Part shown: piece by piece, positions 17,860 to 28,898 of the stretch | Layout: the number at the start of each line of letters is the position of its first letter | Position numbering within the stretch: the first letter of the stretch is position 1 | Origin: Thiobacillus sp. | GTDB taxonomy: Bacteria; Pseudomonadota; Gammaproteobacteria; Burkholderiales; Thiobacillaceae | Direction: 5' to 3' | DNA: 39,412 bases | NCBI GenBank assembly: GCA_049283775.1 | Contig: JBAPWR010000042.1 | Span: 1 to 39,412, forward strand | Program-made: the position numbers and the translations under genes | The notes under the pieces: model-generated | The model's database searches: none | Seen by the model: only the letters and a program-made list of their open reading frames with translations | What the model was told of the DNA's origin: nothing

Positions 17860-18543
17860 ATGTCGCAGGCCGAAAGCGGACATCCGCGCATCCGCTCCTA
17901 CGTGCTGCGCGCCGGTCGCGTCGGCTCCGGCCAGGCCCGGGCGCTGGCGGAACTCGGCCCCCGCTATCTCTTGCCTTATCAGTCCAGCCTGCTCGATCTC
18001 GACGCCGCCTACGGCCGCAACGCAGCGAAAATCCTCGAGATCGGCTTCGGCATGGGCGAGGGCCTGGCGGAAATCGCCGCAGCTCATCCGGAGAACGACT
18101 ACCTCGGGGTGGAGGTCCACACTCCGGGGGTCGGTGCGCTGCTGAAGCGGCTCGGCGAACGTGGTCTCGACAATGTCCGCGTCATCCAGCATGACGCAGT
18201 GGAAGTGCTCACTCACATGCTCGCGCCTGGCAGCCTTGCCGGCGTGCATATCTTCTTCCCGGATCCCTGGCACAAGAAGCGCCACAACAAGCGCCGCCTG
18301 ATCCAGCCGCCTTTCGTGCGCCTGCTCGCGGAGCGTATCGCGCCGGGCGGCTATCTGCATCTGGCTACCGACTGGGAGGACTACGCGCTGCAGATGCTCG
18401 AGGTCCTGTCCGCCGAACCTGGGCTCGCCAATACCGCGGATGGTTTTTCAGCGCGGCCGGACACCCGCCCGCTGACCAAGTTCGAGCAGCGCGGCCTGCG
18501 CCTCGGACACGGGGTGTGGGATCTGGTGTTCCGCAAGCGTTAG
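17860..18543 (+). CDS. trmB: tRNA (guanine-N7)-methyltransferase
   Basis: [41 protein letters not shown]. Confidence 0.96.
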   Translation: MSQAESGHPRIRSYVLRAGRVGSGQARALAELGPRYLLPYQSSLLDLDAAYGRNAAKILEIGFGMGEGLAEIAAAHPENDYLGVEVHTPGVGALLKRLGERGLDNVRVIQHDAVEVLTHMLAPGSLAGVHIFFPDPWHKKRHNKRRLIQPPFVRLLAERIAPGGYLHLATDWEDYALQMLEVLSAEPGLANTADGFSARPDTRPLTKFEQRGLRLGHGVWDLVFRKR

Positions 18544-18576
18544 AAATCCGCGGCGCCCTGCGGCTATGATGCGGGC

Positions 18577-19212
18577 ATGGATTTTTTCGAGCTCTCCAAG
18601 TCTGCCTTCGCGCTGTTTGCCATCGTCGATCCGATCGGCGTGATCCCGATTTTCCTCATGGCCACTCAGGGCTATACCCTGGCGCAAAGCCATCAAGCGG
18701 CGCGGATCGCTGCTCTCACCGTGCTCGGCGTGCTGGCACTGTTCATTTTCGCCGGCGAACCCTTGCTGATGTTCCTCGGCATACGCCTCGCCGCATTTTC
18801 GGTGGCCGGCGGACTGCTGTTGCTGTTGCTGGCGCTGTCGATGGTGCAGGCGCATGTCAGCCCGCAACGGCAGACCGAGGACGAGGCGGCGGAAGCCGAG
18901 GAGAAGGATTCGGTCGGCGCGGTGCCATTGGGCGTGCCACTGCTGGCGGGACCCGGTGCGATCACCCACGTCATCGTGGCGTCGGGTGCGGTGCAGGGCA
19001 ACGTCATGCACCAGGGCATGCTGCTGATTCCGGTGGCGCTGGTGGCGCTGTCGGTGTGGCTGGCATTTCGCGCCGCGCCGATGATCGCCAGACGTCTCGG
19101 CAGAACCGGCATTCACGTGGTGACGCGCCTGATGGGCCTGATCATCGCCGCCATTTCCATCGAGATGATCGCCAGCGGGCTGGGCACACTTTTCCCCGGC
19201 CTGCTTGCCTGA
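18577..19212 (+). CDS. MarC-family membrane protein
   Basis: LFAIVDPIG, VPLGVPLLAGPGAI, TRLMGLI. Confidence 0.92.
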   Translation: MDFFELSKSAFALFAIVDPIGVIPIFLMATQGYTLAQSHQAARIAALTVLGVLALFIFAGEPLLMFLGIRLAAFSVAGGLLLLLLALSMVQAHVSPQRQTEDEAAEAEEKDSVGAVPLGVPLLAGPGAITHVIVASGAVQGNVMHQGMLLIPVALVALSVWLAFRAAPMIARRLGRTGIHVVTRLMGLIIAAISIEMIASGLGTLFPGLLA

Positions 19213-19294
19213 TTCGAGTGCGTCCGCTGCGCCAAACCGGTGCGTGGAATTTGAAACTTTCACGTCACCCCCGCGTTCTATCATGCTTTGGAAT

Positions 19295-19309
19295 TGGCAC
19301 GATTGATGC
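19295..19309 (+). promoter_or_regulatory. Sigma54 (-24/-12) promoter candidate for gnd-zwf-pgl
   Basis: TGGCACGATTGATGC: perfect TGGCACG and exact GG-N10-GC spacing, about 30 nt before the gnd ATG. Confidence 0.65.
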
Positions 19310-19338
19310 GGGCCGATACAGAAAAACTGGGAGAAAAC

Positions 19339-20253
19339 ATGGAATTCGGAATCGTCGGATTGGGGCGGATGGGCGGCAACATGGCGCGCCGTCTGGCGCG
19401 CAAGGGCATGCGCATCGCGGTGCACAACCGCAGCCATGAAGTCAGCCAGGCCATTGCCGCCGAAACCGGGCATCTGGCTTGCGCCGGAGTCGCGGAACTG
19501 GTTGCCGCGCTGCAGGCGCCGCGCATCGTCTGGCTGATGCTGCCGGCCGGTGAAGCGACTGAAGCGGCACTGGACTCGATCACTCCGTTACTGAGCCCCG
19601 GCGACCTGGTGGTCGATGGCGGCAATGCCTATTACAAGGACGGCGAACGGCGCGCGGCCGCCTTGGCCAGCAGGCAGATCGACTTCGTCGACGCAGGGGT
19701 GTCGGGCGGGATCTGGGGCCTGGATAACGGCTACTGCATCATGTTCGGCGGCAGCGATGCAGCGGCGGCACGGCTCAGGCCGTGGATGGAGGCGCTCGCT
19801 CCCACCCCCACCGACGGCTGGCTGCACACCGGGCCGGTCGGCTCGGGGCACTTCGTCAAGATGGTCCACAACGGCATCGAGTACGGCATGATGCAGGCCT
19901 TCGCCGAAGGCTTCGCGCTGATGAAGAACAAGCCCGGGTTCGATCTCCAGCTGGATGAAATCGCAGAATTGTGGCGCCATGGCAGCGTGGTCCGCTCGTG
20001 GCTGCTCGACCTGTCGGCGGAGTTTTTCGCCGCCGACACCAAGCTCGAAGCCATCCAGCCGTTCGTCGCGGACTCCGGCGAGGGCCGCTGGACCGCGCTC
20101 GAAGCGGTCGAACAGGGCATACCCGCGCCGGTGATGTCGCTGGCCCTGATGATGCGCTTCGCCAGTCAGGGCAGGAACGATTACGCGGCGAAAGTTCTGG
20201 CGAAGATGCGCCAGGGCTTCGGCGGTCATGCGTTGAAGGAGGACGGCAAATGA
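19339..20253 (+). CDS. gnd: Decarboxylating 6-phosphogluconate dehydrogenase (short type)
   Basis: [46 protein letters not shown]. Confidence 0.95.
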   Translation: MEFGIVGLGRMGGNMARRLARKGMRIAVHNRSHEVSQAIAAETGHLACAGVAELVAALQAPRIVWLMLPAGEATEAALDSITPLLSPGDLVVDGGNAYYKDGERRAAALASRQIDFVDAGVSGGIWGLDNGYCIMFGGSDAAAARLRPWMEALAPTPTDGWLHTGPVGSGHFVKMVHNGIEYGMMQAFAEGFALMKNKPGFDLQLDEIAELWRHGSVVRSWLLDLSAEFFAADTKLEAIQPFVADSGEGRWTALEAVEQGIPAPVMSLALMMRFASQGRNDYAAKVLAKMRQGFGGHALKEDGK

Positions 20254-21734
20254 AAACCGGACTCGAAGACGCGCTGCCCTGCACCTTCGTCATCTTCGGC
20301 GCTACCGGCAATCTTGCCAGCAACAAGCTGCTGCCGGCCTTGTATCACCTCGAGGCGGCGGCACGATTGTCTGAGTCGCTGAGTATCGTCGCCTTTTCGC
20401 GCCGCGACTGGGATACCGAACAGTGGCGGACGCACATGCGCGAGGTGCTGACGGGCAAGATCAACGGCAGCGTCGAGGGGCCGGTATTCGAGCGTTTCGT
20501 TGCCCGCTTCGTCTATCAGCAGGGCGACCTCAACGATGTGGATTCCTACCAGGCACTGGCCGGGCGCCTGATGAAAGGCGGCGTGGCCTGTTCCAGCACG
20601 GTTTTCTATCTCGCCATCAAGCCTGCCGAATTCGGTGCGGTGATCCGCAACCTCGAGGCGGTCGGACTCAACAAGCCGCGCGGACTTAATCGTGTGGTGG
20701 TGGAAAAGCCCTTCGGCGAGGACATCGAGTCGGCGCGCATGCTCAATCAGCTGCTGCACCAGCATTTCGACGAGGAGCAGATCTTCCGCATCGACCATTT
20801 CCTCGGCAAGGAGACGGTGCAGAACCTGCTGGTTTTCCGCTTCGCCAACACCCTGATCGAGCCGCTGTGGAACCGCAATTTCATCGACCATGTGCAAATC
20901 ACCGTGGCCGAATCCCAGGGCATCGAGAAGCGCGCCGACTACTATGATCGTGCCGGCGCGCTGCGCGACATGCTGCAGAACCACCTGATGCAGCTGCTCA
21001 CCGTGGTGGCGATGGAGCCGCCGCCGGCGCTGGAGGCCGACGCGCTGCGCGACGAGAAGGTCAAGGTGCTGCGCTCGATCCGCCCGATTGCCAAACGCGC
21101 GGTGCACGCCCACGCCATCCGCGCGCAGTATGGGCGCGGGGTGGTGGACGGCAAGAATGTGGTGGGTTATCAGCAGGAAGAAAACGTCGAGGCGAATTCC
21201 GTCACCGAAACCTTCGTCGCCGCCAAGTTCTACATCGACAACTGGCGCTGGCGCGGAGTGCCGTTCTACCTCCGCACCGGCAAGCGGTTGCCGCAGCAGA
21301 CCTCGATGATTGCGATCCGCTTCAGACATCCGCCGCAGCAGCTGTTCCGCGAAACCCCGCTGGAAACCATCGACCCCAACTGGATCCTGCTGTCGATCCA
21401 GCCGGAGGAGTCGATGCGCATGGAAATCCACGTCAAGCAACCGGGCCTCGACATGGATACCCGTGTGATGCAGATGAACGCCAGTTTCCGCAAGACCGAC
21501 GAGCAGGCGCTGGACGCCTACGAGACCCTGCTGCTCGATGTCATCGAGGGCGACCGTTCGCTGTTCCTGCGCTTCGACGAAGTCGAATGGGCGTGGCTGG
21601 TGGTCGATCCCATCCTCAAGCACTGGGCGGTCGAACGCGAATTCATCCCGACCTATCCGGCTGGAAGCTGGGGTCCGGCGGATGCCAACCGCCTGTTCGA
21701 CAGCGACGATCAGAGCTGGCGCAACGAGTTGTGA
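20250..21734 (+). CDS. zwf: Glucose-6-phosphate 1-dehydrogenase
   Basis: [50 protein letters not shown] overlap with gnd. Confidence 0.96.
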   Translation: MKTGLEDALPCTFVIFGATGNLASNKLLPALYHLEAAARLSESLSIVAFSRRDWDTEQWRTHMREVLTGKINGSVEGPVFERFVARFVYQQGDLNDVDSYQALAGRLMKGGVACSSTVFYLAIKPAEFGAVIRNLEAVGLNKPRGLNRVVVEKPFGEDIESARMLNQLLHQHFDEEQIFRIDHFLGKETVQNLLVFRFANTLIEPLWNRNFIDHVQITVAESQGIEKRADYYDRAGALRDMLQNHLMQLLTVVAMEPPPALEADALRDEKVKVLRSIRPIAKRAVHAHAIRAQYGRGVVDGKNVVGYQQEENVEANSVTETFVAAKFYIDNWRWRGVPFYLRTGKRLPQQTSMIAIRFRHPPQQLFRETPLETIDPNWILLSIQPEESMRMEIHVKQPGLDMDTRVMQMNASFRKTDEQALDAYETLLLDVIEGDRSLFLRFDEVEWAWLVVDPILKHWAVEREFIPTYPAGSWGPADANRLFDSDDQSWRNEL

Positions 21735-22432
21735 GTCTGCCCAAAAAAATGGTGTTCGCCGAGGCTGGCGCACTGGTGACGGCATTGGCTGACGCGGTGC
21801 GCGCCGAGGCTGGTCGCGCAATCGAGGCGCGCGGCATGTTTCATCTGGTGCTGGCAGGCGGTTCGACGCCGATCGCCCTGTATCGCGAACTGGCGGCCGG
21901 GCATGCCGGCGACTCGCGCTGGCATATCTGGTACGGCGATGAGCGCTGCCTGCCGCCGGACCATCCCCAGCGCAACAGCGTCATGGCCGAGGCGGCCTGG
22001 TTGTCAGGCGCGGCCATCCCGCCTGGAAACCGGCTGCCGATTCCAGCCGAGCGCGGCGCAGAGGCGGCAGCCGCCGACTATGCGGCGATGCTCGCCACTG
22101 TGCCGAGTTTCGATCTGGTGCTGCTGGGGATGGGGGAGGATGGTCACACCGCCAGCCTGTTCCCGGGGCATGATTGGGGCACTGCGCCGAGCAGCCCGGC
22201 AGTTCTCGCGGTTCACGATGCGCCGAAGCCGCCGCCCGATCGGGTCAGCCTTTCGGCCGTGCGCCTGTGCGGCAGTCGCAGCGTGTGGTTCATCGTCAGC
22301 GGCGAAGGCAAGTCGGATGCGGTAAAACGCTGGCGGAACGGCGAGGCGCTGCCGGTCACAGCCATCCACGGGCGCAATGAAACCCTGGCCTGGCTGGATC
22401 AATCGGCCTGGGGGATGTCGTTTTCCGGGTGA
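21731..22432 (+). CDS. pgl: 6-phosphogluconolactonase
   Basis: [39 protein letters not shown] overlap with zwf. Confidence 0.93.
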   Translation: MSLPKKMVFAEAGALVTALADAVRAEAGRAIEARGMFHLVLAGGSTPIALYRELAAGHAGDSRWHIWYGDERCLPPDHPQRNSVMAEAAWLSGAAIPPGNRLPIPAERGAEAAAADYAAMLATVPSFDLVLLGMGEDGHTASLFPGHDWGTAPSSPAVLAVHDAPKPPPDRVSLSAVRLCGSRSVWFIVSGEGKSDAVKRWRNGEALPVTAIHGRNETLAWLDQSAWGMSFSG

Positions 22433-23331
22433 AGCGCAGGCTCTGTCTCTGACTTGGGTTTCTTTACAGCTTTCTGCAGCATCGCCTGACGCGTCGCTGG
22501 CGTTTCCAGGCTGATGCGCCCCAGGGTGCCGTTGCGATAGTCGGTCAGGAACAGCATCGCCGCCCTCTCCAGATCCAGTTCACCACCGCGTCCCTTGAGC
22601 AGGCAGCCGCGTTTTCGGGCAACCGCCTGCAGCACGTCGGTGCCGTCCATGCCAGTCGTGTCGAAACCGTAGCGTGCGCTGAGCAGGCCTGGATATCTCT
22701 GCAGCAGGATGTCGGCCAGAAAGATCGCCACTTCCTCGTCGATCACCGCGTTGCGACCGATGGCATGGCTGGCGGCGAGCATGAAGCCATCGGAATCGTG
22801 CTCGATCTTCGGCCACATCAGGCCGGGCGTGTCGACCACGGTCAGGCGCGCCGAAAGGTTGATACGCTGCTGCGACTTGGTCACTGCCGGCTCGTCACCC
22901 ACCGCAGCGACCTTGCGCTTGACCAGCGAATTCATCAGCGTCGACTTGCCGACGTTGGGGATGCCCATGATCATGATGCGCAGCGGCTTGAAGTTGTCAT
23001 CGCGGTGCGGCGCCAGTTTTTGCGCCAGCGCCGGCAGCTTCGCCACGTCGCCGGCCTTCTTGGCGGAAATCGCCACCGCCATCACGCCGGGCTGGCGGTT
23101 GTAGTGGTCGATCCAGGAACGCGTGACCTCGGGGTCGGCAAGGTCGGACTTGTTCAGCAGCTTGAGGCAGGGGCGCTGGCGGAAATTGCGCAGCTCATGG
23201 ATCAGCGGGTTGCTGCTCGCTTCAGGCAGGCGCGCATCGAGCACCTCGATCACGACGTCGATCTGCGCCATGGTTTCCGCCGCTTTCTTGCGTGCGGACG
23301 TCATGTGACCGGGGAACCACTGAATGGACAT
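22399..23331 (-). CDS. ylqF: Ribosome biogenesis GTPase YlqF/RbgA
   Basis: IQWFPGHM, LNKSDL, GIPNVGKS, DTPG in circularly permuted order. Confidence 0.96.
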   Translation of the reverse strand: MSIQWFPGHMTSARKKAAETMAQIDVVIEVLDARLPEASSNPLIHELRNFRQRPCLKLLNKSDLADPEVTRSWIDHYNRQPGVMAVAISAKKAGDVAKLPALAQKLAPHRDDNFKPLRIMIMGIPNVGKSTLMNSLVKRKVAAVGDEPAVTKSQQRINLSARLTVVDTPGLMWPKIEHDSDGFMLAASHAIGRNAVIDEEVAIFLADILLQRYPGLLSARYGFDTTGMDGTDVLQAVARKRGCLLKGRGGELDLERAAMLFLTDYRNGTLGRISLETPATRQAMLQKAVKKPKSETEPALHPENDIPQAD

Positions 23332-23343
23332 GGGGGCTGAGAA

Positions 23344-23393
23344 AAAGTGAAGGGTGAAGGGTTAGGGGTGAAGGGTTAGGGGTGGGGGTGGGG
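23344..23393 (+). repeat. G-rich heptamer tandem repeat (RGGGTKA), about 7 copies
   Basis: aaagtga agggtga agggtta ggggtga agggtta ggggtgg gggtggg; seven runs of 3 or more G. Confidence 0.85.
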
Positions 23394-23451
23394 CGATTAT
23401 CCCACCAGTACTGGTGCAGGCGCTGGCGGCCAGAGGTATTGGCCGCGAGTT

Positions 23452-24015
23452 TCAGTCGAGCGCGCGGTATTGCACCTCGATGATTTCCAGTTCACGGCGC
23501 CCGCCCGGTGTCTGCACGTAGACCGTGTCGCCTTCGCGGGCGTGCAGCAGTGCGCGTGCCATCGGCGAGGTCCAGGCGAGATGGCCGCGCCCGGCGTCGG
23601 CTTCGTCGATGCCGACCAGGGCATAGGTCGATTCACTGCCGTCCGCATCGGCGACCGTGACGGTGGCGCCGAAAAAGACCTGGTCGGTCGGTTCGCGCGT
23701 GGCCGGGTCGACCACTTCGGCGTGTTCGAGGCGCTTGGACAGGAAACGGATGCGGCGATCGACTTCGCGCAGGCGCTTCTTGCCGTAGATGTAGTCGCCG
23801 TTTTCCGAACGGTCGCCGTTGCTCGCTGCCCACGATATGGTCTCGACCAGCTTCGGACGCTCGATCTTCCACAGCTGGTTGAACTCGGCGTCGAGGCGCG
23901 CGTAGCCCGCCGGCGTCATGTAGTTCTTGGTGCCTGCGGGCAACGCCGGAATACCGGGGAGATCGTCGTCCGCGTCGTCTACCGGATCGGCTTCGCGCGT
24001 GAATGCCTTGTTCAT
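23452..24015 (-). CDS. greB: Transcription elongation factor GreB
   Basis: NYMTPAG, ERP, WAASNGDRSENGDYIYGKKRLREVDRRIRFL, SPMARAL. Confidence 0.96.
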   Translation of the reverse strand: MNKAFTREADPVDDADDDLPGIPALPAGTKNYMTPAGYARLDAEFNQLWKIERPKLVETISWAASNGDRSENGDYIYGKKRLREVDRRIRFLSKRLEHAEVVDPATREPTDQVFFGATVTVADADGSESTYALVGIDEADAGRGHLAWTSPMARALLHAREGDTVYVQTPGGRRELEIIEVQYRALD

Positions 24016-24212
24016 CGGCCGAACAGATGCAGGATCAGGGTCAGCAGCAGCGACATCAGGATGACGCTGGTGAAGGGAAAGTACAGCGTGCCGCGCGCCC
24101 GCTTGACGCGGATGTCGCCGGGCAGGCGGCCGATGCCCAGCCGCGTCAGCAACGGCGTGAGCAGGCCCAGCAGCAGCAGGGCGAGGACGAGGGTGAGCAG
24201 CCATTTGACCAT
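24012..24212 (-). CDS. DUF2905-family small membrane protein
   Basis: LGIGRLPGDI...YFPFTSVILMSLLLT. Confidence 0.88.
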   Translation of the reverse strand: MVKWLLTLVLALLLLGLLTPLLTRLGIGRLPGDIRVKRARGTLYFPFTSVILMSLLLTLILHLFGR

Positions 24213-24274
24213 GCCGGGATTTTACCGGATGGCTCGGGCGGCTTGGACGAGCCGCCAGCGTTGCAGTGACGGGT

Positions 24275-24484
24275 TTATTGCGTCGCCTGATCGATCTGCT
24301 GGCGCTGCGTCTCGGCCGCATCCAGCAATTGCCCTTCCACCGCGCGAGCCTTGTCTATGGCCTGGATCTGGGTTTCGAACGCCGGGTTCGGCGGACCCGG
24401 CTCGACTTCCGGCTCGGGTGGCGGCACCGAGCCATCGCAACCGGCGAGAACGAGCAGCAGGGCAGGAACGAGAGTTCTCATCAT
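24275..24484 (-). CDS. Small lipoprotein, function unknown
   Basis: MMRTLVPALLLVLAGC lipobox, Pro-rich linker and helical tail; overlaps the upstream stop. Confidence 0.7.
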   Translation of the reverse strand: MMRTLVPALLLVLAGCDGSVPPPEPEVEPGPPNPAFETQIQAIDKARAVEGQLLDAAETQRQQIDQATQ

Positions 24485-25029
24485 GGGTTCTCCAACAGGC
24501 CGGTGGGCAGCCCGTCGATGCTGACCGCGTTCTTCTCGCGCCAGTAATCGAGCAGGCCGGCCGGCCCCTTCTTCTCGGCCCAGCGCGCCAGGGTGTCGCG
24601 CTCGCCGCGATAGTCGAACAGCGGCACGGCATAGCCGCAGGAAGTCTGCACCGAATCGATGTCGAGCACGATCAGCTGGCGCTCGCCGGGCAGGACGGGG
24701 AAGTGCTGCCTGAGCTCGGCCCATGCGGCATCCTGGCGGCGTACCACGCGGCCACGCCCATACAGCCGCAGGATCAGCGGCTCGGCGTCGAAGCTGCAGA
24801 ACATCACGGTCATGCGGCCGTCGCTCCTCAGATGGGCAGCGGTTTCGTTGCCGCTGCCGGTGAGGTCGAGATACGCGACGCGCCTGGGATCGAGGACACG
24901 CAGGCTGTCCATGCCCTTCGGCGACAGGTTGATGTGGCCGTCGGACGGCGCAGTGGCAGTGAAGAAAAGCTTCTGCGCGGCGATGAAGTCGCGATGCCGG
25001 ACTTCCAGCGCAGGGTAGAAACGCGCCAT
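24481..25029 (-). CDS. Pyridoxamine 5'-phosphate oxidase-family (FMN-binding split-barrel) protein
   Basis: FFTATAP, NLSPKG, YLDLTGSGNETAAH, MFCSF, QTSCGYAVP. Confidence 0.9.
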   Translation of the reverse strand: MARFYPALEVRHRDFIAAQKLFFTATAPSDGHINLSPKGMDSLRVLDPRRVAYLDLTGSGNETAAHLRSDGRMTVMFCSFDAEPLILRLYGRGRVVRRQDAAWAELRQHFPVLPGERQLIVLDIDSVQTSCGYAVPLFDYRGERDTLARWAEKKGPAGLLDYWREKNAVSIDGLPTGLLENP

Positions 25030-25610
25030 CAGCTGATCTGGCGCTTGAGAAACTCGTTGAGGATGCGCAGGCGGGTGATGCTGTCGTTCATTTCCAGCAG
25101 GCTCTGCTTGACGCTGAGCTTGAGCGTCAGCACCTCGGCCAGCCGGTAGCCGACCCAGACGGCGTTGTCGAACTGCAGCGGCTCGGGGAAGGCGTCCGCC
25201 CCGACCTGCTCCATGATGTGGCGCAGGATGTCGACCGCCATGCGCAAGTCGTTTGGCACGGCGATGCGCGATTCCGCGCCGATGTCGTCGACCTTGCCGC
25301 TCAGCAGGCCCTGGGCATCGCTTTCGGTGGAGCGGATGACAAAGCGTTCCAGCGCCCTGGTCTTGATGTGCAGGATGCCGGTTTGCGGCATCTCCCAGTC
25401 GGTGACCTGGACCCGCGTGCCGACCTCGTAGGGCTTGGCCGGCGCGCCGACTTCCTTGCCTTCGCGAATCGCGCAGATGCCGAAAGGGGTGCGGTCGGCG
25501 ATGGCCTTCTTGACCATCTCCATGTAGCGCTGCTCGAAGATTCGCAGCGGCAGCAGGCCGCCCGGAAAGGCCACGGTATTGAGCGGAAACAGCGGCAGCA
25601 CGGCGTTCAT
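25029..25610 (-). CDS. Lon peptidase substrate-binding (N-domain-only) protein
   Basis: [25 protein letters not shown]...KQSLLE. Confidence 0.9.
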   Translation of the reverse strand: MNAVLPLFPLNTVAFPGGLLPLRIFEQRYMEMVKKAIADRTPFGICAIREGKEVGAPAKPYEVGTRVQVTDWEMPQTGILHIKTRALERFVIRSTESDAQGLLSGKVDDIGAESRIAVPNDLRMAVDILRHIMEQVGADAFPEPLQFDNAVWVGYRLAEVLTLKLSVKQSLLEMNDSITRLRILNEFLKRQIS

Positions 25611-26224
25611 TTGTCCGCTCCCCAGCGCGCCATCAGCGTGTGGCCGATGCCGAGCTGGTCGAGGATGCGCGCAACGATGAAATCGACCACGCCCTCGATC
25701 GACTGCGGACGGTGATAGAAGCCGGGGTTGGCAGGGAGGATCACGGCGTTCATCCGCGACAGGGTCAGCATGTTTTCCAGATGCAGCGTCGAGAAGGGTG
25801 TTTCGCGCGGCACCAGGATCAGCTTGCGGCTTTCCTTCAGCATGACGTCGGCGGCGCGCTCGATCAGGTTGTCGGACAGGCCGTGGGCGATCGCGGCGAG
25901 CGTGCCCATCGAGCACGGGCATACCACCATGGCGTCGGCCGGATTGGAGCCGGAGGCGACCGGTGCGTTCCAGTCCTCGCGGCCGAATACCCGCAGCTGG
26001 CCGTCGCGCGCATGCATGCCGCTGCTAAGCTGCTTCTCAAGATCGCCGGCGCGCGCCGGCAGGGCGACGCCGAGTTCCTGCTTGGCGACGATGTGGGCAG
26101 CCTGGGATACCAGCAGGTAAACCTGAAGGTCGGCCTGGATCAGACATTCGAGCAGACGCAGGCCATAGGCCATGCCGGAGGCGCCAGACAGCGCGAGAGT
26201 GACGGTGTTCAGAGGGGAGTGCAT
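25607..26224 (-). CDS. ubiX: Flavin prenyltransferase
   Basis: [37 protein letters not shown]. Confidence 0.95.
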   Translation of the reverse strand: MHSPLNTVTLALSGASGMAYGLRLLECLIQADLQVYLLVSQAAHIVAKQELGVALPARAGDLEKQLSSGMHARDGQLRVFGREDWNAPVASGSNPADAMVVCPCSMGTLAAIAHGLSDNLIERAADVMLKESRKLILVPRETPFSTLHLENMLTLSRMNAVILPANPGFYHRPQSIEGVVDFIVARILDQLGIGHTLMARWGADK

Positions 26225-26760
26225 GGACTCGATTGTCCCTTGGGTGATGCGTCGGCGGCAAGCAGTCGCGCGACGATGAAGCCGTTGATGGCGCCGAACA
26301 GCAGCGCCGCTGCCGCGAATACCGGCAGCAAATTGAGCAGCGCCGCCGTCGGCAGCAGCCACAACCAGGCCAGGGCGAGCTGTCCCGCGATGTGGCCGAA
26401 TGCGGCCAGTACCGACTGGCTGACCGCGCCGAACCAGCGCCTCGGCAGATACTGCACCGCGGCGAGGACAACGAGGCTGGACAAGGCGCCGGCGGCAGAC
26501 AGCCAGAATCCGGGGGAGAGGAAACTGCCGAGCAGCAGGCTGCCGGCGAGCACGCGCAGGGCAGCCACCCAGGCCGCAGTCTTCCAGCCGTATTGCAGCA
26601 TCACCAGCAGGACGACGATGTTGGCGAGCCCCGGCTTGACCCCTGGAACCGGGCTGGGGATCGCCGCTTCGGCCAGCGTCAGGCCGATGGCGACCGCGGC
26701 CAGTCCGGCGATGCGACGGTCGGCGGCATTGACCGGCAGCTCAATAACCGAGCGTGTCAT
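26209..26760 (-). CDS. Gx transporter family / heptaprenyl-PP synthase component I-like membrane protein (ECF S-component-like)
   Basis: [33 protein letters not shown]. Confidence 0.85.
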   Translation of the reverse strand: MTRSVIELPVNAADRRIAGLAAVAIGLTLAEAAIPSPVPGVKPGLANIVVLLVMLQYGWKTAAWVAALRVLAGSLLLGSFLSPGFWLSAAGALSSLVVLAAVQYLPRRWFGAVSQSVLAAFGHIAGQLALAWLWLLPTAALLNLLPVFAAAALLFGAINGFIVARLLAADASPKGQSSPCTPL

Positions 26761-27106
26761 AGGCTGCGCTGCGGCCGCGGATTTCGAGGCTGACCTGGTT
26801 CGGCAGGCATAGTGCGGCATCACCGGCCTGGCTCAGCCAGCCGCGCTTGACGCAAAGCTGGCGTGGCGAGGGGTCGCGGGCGATGCGGGCACGGCCGGGC
26901 TGGATCTCGATTTGCGTCATTCCTAGCGGGCCTTCGACGCTGATGATGCGGGTGCGGCTCAGCGTCGGGGTGTCGACCACCTCACCCGCAACTCGGATGA
27001 CTGCGCTGTCGCCATGACTGCCGCCCCAGGAGAAAATCGTCAGGGCGGAGACGAGCAGCAGACCTGCCGCGAGCACCACAAGATCGCCGGGGCGCAGCAG
27101 CGTCAT
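26741..27106 (-). CDS. NusG domain II (DUF1312)-containing membrane-anchored protein
   Basis: GD motif before the N-terminal TM; GPLG, SPRQLCVKRGW, CLPN. Confidence 0.87.
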   Translation of the reverse strand: MTLLRPGDLVVLAAGLLLVSALTIFSWGGSHGDSAVIRVAGEVVDTPTLSRTRIISVEGPLGMTQIEIQPGRARIARDPSPRQLCVKRGWLSQAGDAALCLPNQVSLEIRGRSAAYDTLGY

Positions 27107-27109
27107 GGC

Positions 27110-27946
27110 TCAGCTCAGTTCGCGGTGCCGCACCAGTACCTGCTCGCGGCGGCCGAAGTTGGCGGCCAGGGTCTCGGCGAAATAGACGCTGCGATGTTGC
27201 CCACCGGTGCAGCCGATGGCGACGGTCAGATAGGCGCGGTGGTCGCGGATGAAGCAGGGCAGCCAGTTTTCGACGAAGCCGCTGATGTCGGCCAGCATCG
27301 CCATGGCGTCGGGACTGGCTTCGATGTGGTCGGCGACGGGCTGGTCGCGGCCGGTGAGCGGGCGCAGCTCGGGCACGTAGTGCGGGTTGGGCAGGCAGCG
27401 CACGTCGAATACCAGGTCGGCGTCGAGCGGAATGCCGTGCTTGAAGCCGAAGGACTGGAACAGCAGGGTGATGCGCGAGCGGTCCTGCTGGATCAGGTCC
27501 TTGATCCACAGCCGCAGCGCAGAAGGAGACAGGTCGCTGGTATCGATGCGGTGGCCGAGCGGCGCGACATCGGCGAGCATCTCGCGCTCGAGCTGGATCG
27601 CTTCCTGCAGCGAGACGCTATCGCTCGACAGCGGATGACGGCGCCGTGTCTCGGAGAAGCGCTTGACCAGCGACAGGGTCTTGGCCTCGAGGAATATGAT
27701 GCGCAGGTCGGCGCCCTTGTCGCGCAGCGACTCGGCGATGGCGGGAAGTTGCGAGAAGCTCGCGCCGCTACGTGCGTCGATGGCGATGGCGATGCGCTCG
27801 TGGCCTTCCTGGCCGAGATACTCGACCAGGCTTTCGAGCATCGCCAGCGGCAGGTTGTCGACGCAATAGTAGCCGGCGTCTTCCAGCACCGCGATGGCGA
27901 TGCTCTTGCCCGAGCCCGACAGTCCGGAGACGAGGACGATCTGCAC
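27110..27946 (-). CDS. rapZ: RNase adapter RapZ
   Basis: [46 protein letters not shown] start. Confidence 0.95.
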   Translation of the reverse strand: MQIVLVSGLSGSGKSIAIAVLEDAGYYCVDNLPLAMLESLVEYLGQEGHERIAIAIDARSGASFSQLPAIAESLRDKGADLRIIFLEAKTLSLVKRFSETRRRHPLSSDSVSLQEAIQLEREMLADVAPLGHRIDTSDLSPSALRLWIKDLIQQDRSRITLLFQSFGFKHGIPLDADLVFDVRCLPNPHYVPELRPLTGRDQPVADHIEASPDAMAMLADISGFVENWLPCFIRDHRAYLTVAIGCTGGQHRSVYFAETLAANFGRREQVLVRHRELS

Positions 27947-27947
27947 C

Positions 27948-28898
27948 TCAGTCGCCTTTTTCGATGGCGGCCTGCTGGCGTGCCATGAACTGTTCGACCG
28001 GATTGATGCCGCGGCTCTTGAGGATGTGGTTGCGCACTGCCACCTCGACCAACACCGCCAGGTTGCGGCCCGCTGCAACCGGAATCCTAACCGTGGGAAT
28101 GTTGACGTCTAGTATGGTTTCGCTCGACGCGACCATGTCGATGCGGTTGAGGCCGACCTCGCCAATTTCCTCGGGCTGCACCAGTTCGACGATGAGCTTG
28201 AGATTCTTCTGCCGCTTCACCGCCATCTCGCCGAACAGGTAACGGATATTCAGGATGCCGAGTCCGCGCACCTCGAGAAAATCGCGTATCAGCTCGGGAC
28301 ACGAGCCCTCCAGCGTATCTGGCGCGACGTGCTTGAGCTCGACCACATCATCGGCGACCAGGCGGTGGCCGCGGGTGACGAGTTCCAGCGCGAGTTCGCT
28401 CTTGCCGACGCCGGCGTCGCCCTTGAACAGCACGCCCGAACCCAGCACTTCCATGAATACGCCGTGCATCAGGGTGGATTCGGCCAGACGCTGGGTCAGA
28501 TAGTGTCCGAGGTGGGACATCAGGATCGGGCTGGCGAGGGGCGAACTCAGCAGCGGCGTTTCGCTGCGGTCGGCGGCTTCCTTGAGGATGGCGGGAACAC
28601 TCTCGCCGTTGGACACGACGATGGCGGCCAGTTCCGTGGAAAAAAGGTGATCGATCGCCTCGTTGAGGCCGGTTGGCGTCAGCCCCTGCAAGAAATTCAT
28701 TTCGGCGCAGCCGAGCACCTGGACGCGGTTGGGATGGACGAAATTGAGATGCCCGATCAATGCCAGGGTCGGTTTTTGCACCGTTTCCGAGGAGAGGATG
28801 CGATTGCCGCCATTGAATCCGGCAATCCATTGCAGGTTGAGCTGATCCGCCAGATCGCGGAACAGTTCAGCTACGGAGACGCTGGTCAGCTGGTCCAT
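27948..28898 (-). CDS. hprK: HPr kinase/phosphorylase
   Basis: [43 protein letters not shown]. Confidence 0.95.
   Translation of the reverse strand: MDQLTSVSVAELFRDLADQLNLQWIAGFNGGNRILSSETVQKPTLALIGHLNFVHPNRVQVLGCAEMNFLQGLTPTGLNEAIDHLFSTELAAIVVSNGESVPAILKEAADRSETPLLSSPLASPILMSHLGHYLTQRLAESTLMHGVFMEVLGSGVLFKGDAGVGKSELALELVTRGHRLVADDVVELKHVAPDTLEGSCPELIRDFLEVRGLGILNIRYLFGEMAVKRQKNLKLIVELVQPEEIGEVGLNRIDMVASSETILDVNIPTVRIPVAAGRNLAVLVEVAVRNHILKSRGINPVEQFMARQQAAIEKGD

Noticed and set aside
22399..22432. 34-nt convergent overlap of pgl and ylqF as a frameshift or pseudogene
   Set aside because: Both proteins appear complete; the overlap involves only variable C-terminal tails.
23344..23393. CRISPR array or true telomere
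   Set aside because: 7-nt units without spacers, no cas genes, and internal to a bacterial gene cluster.
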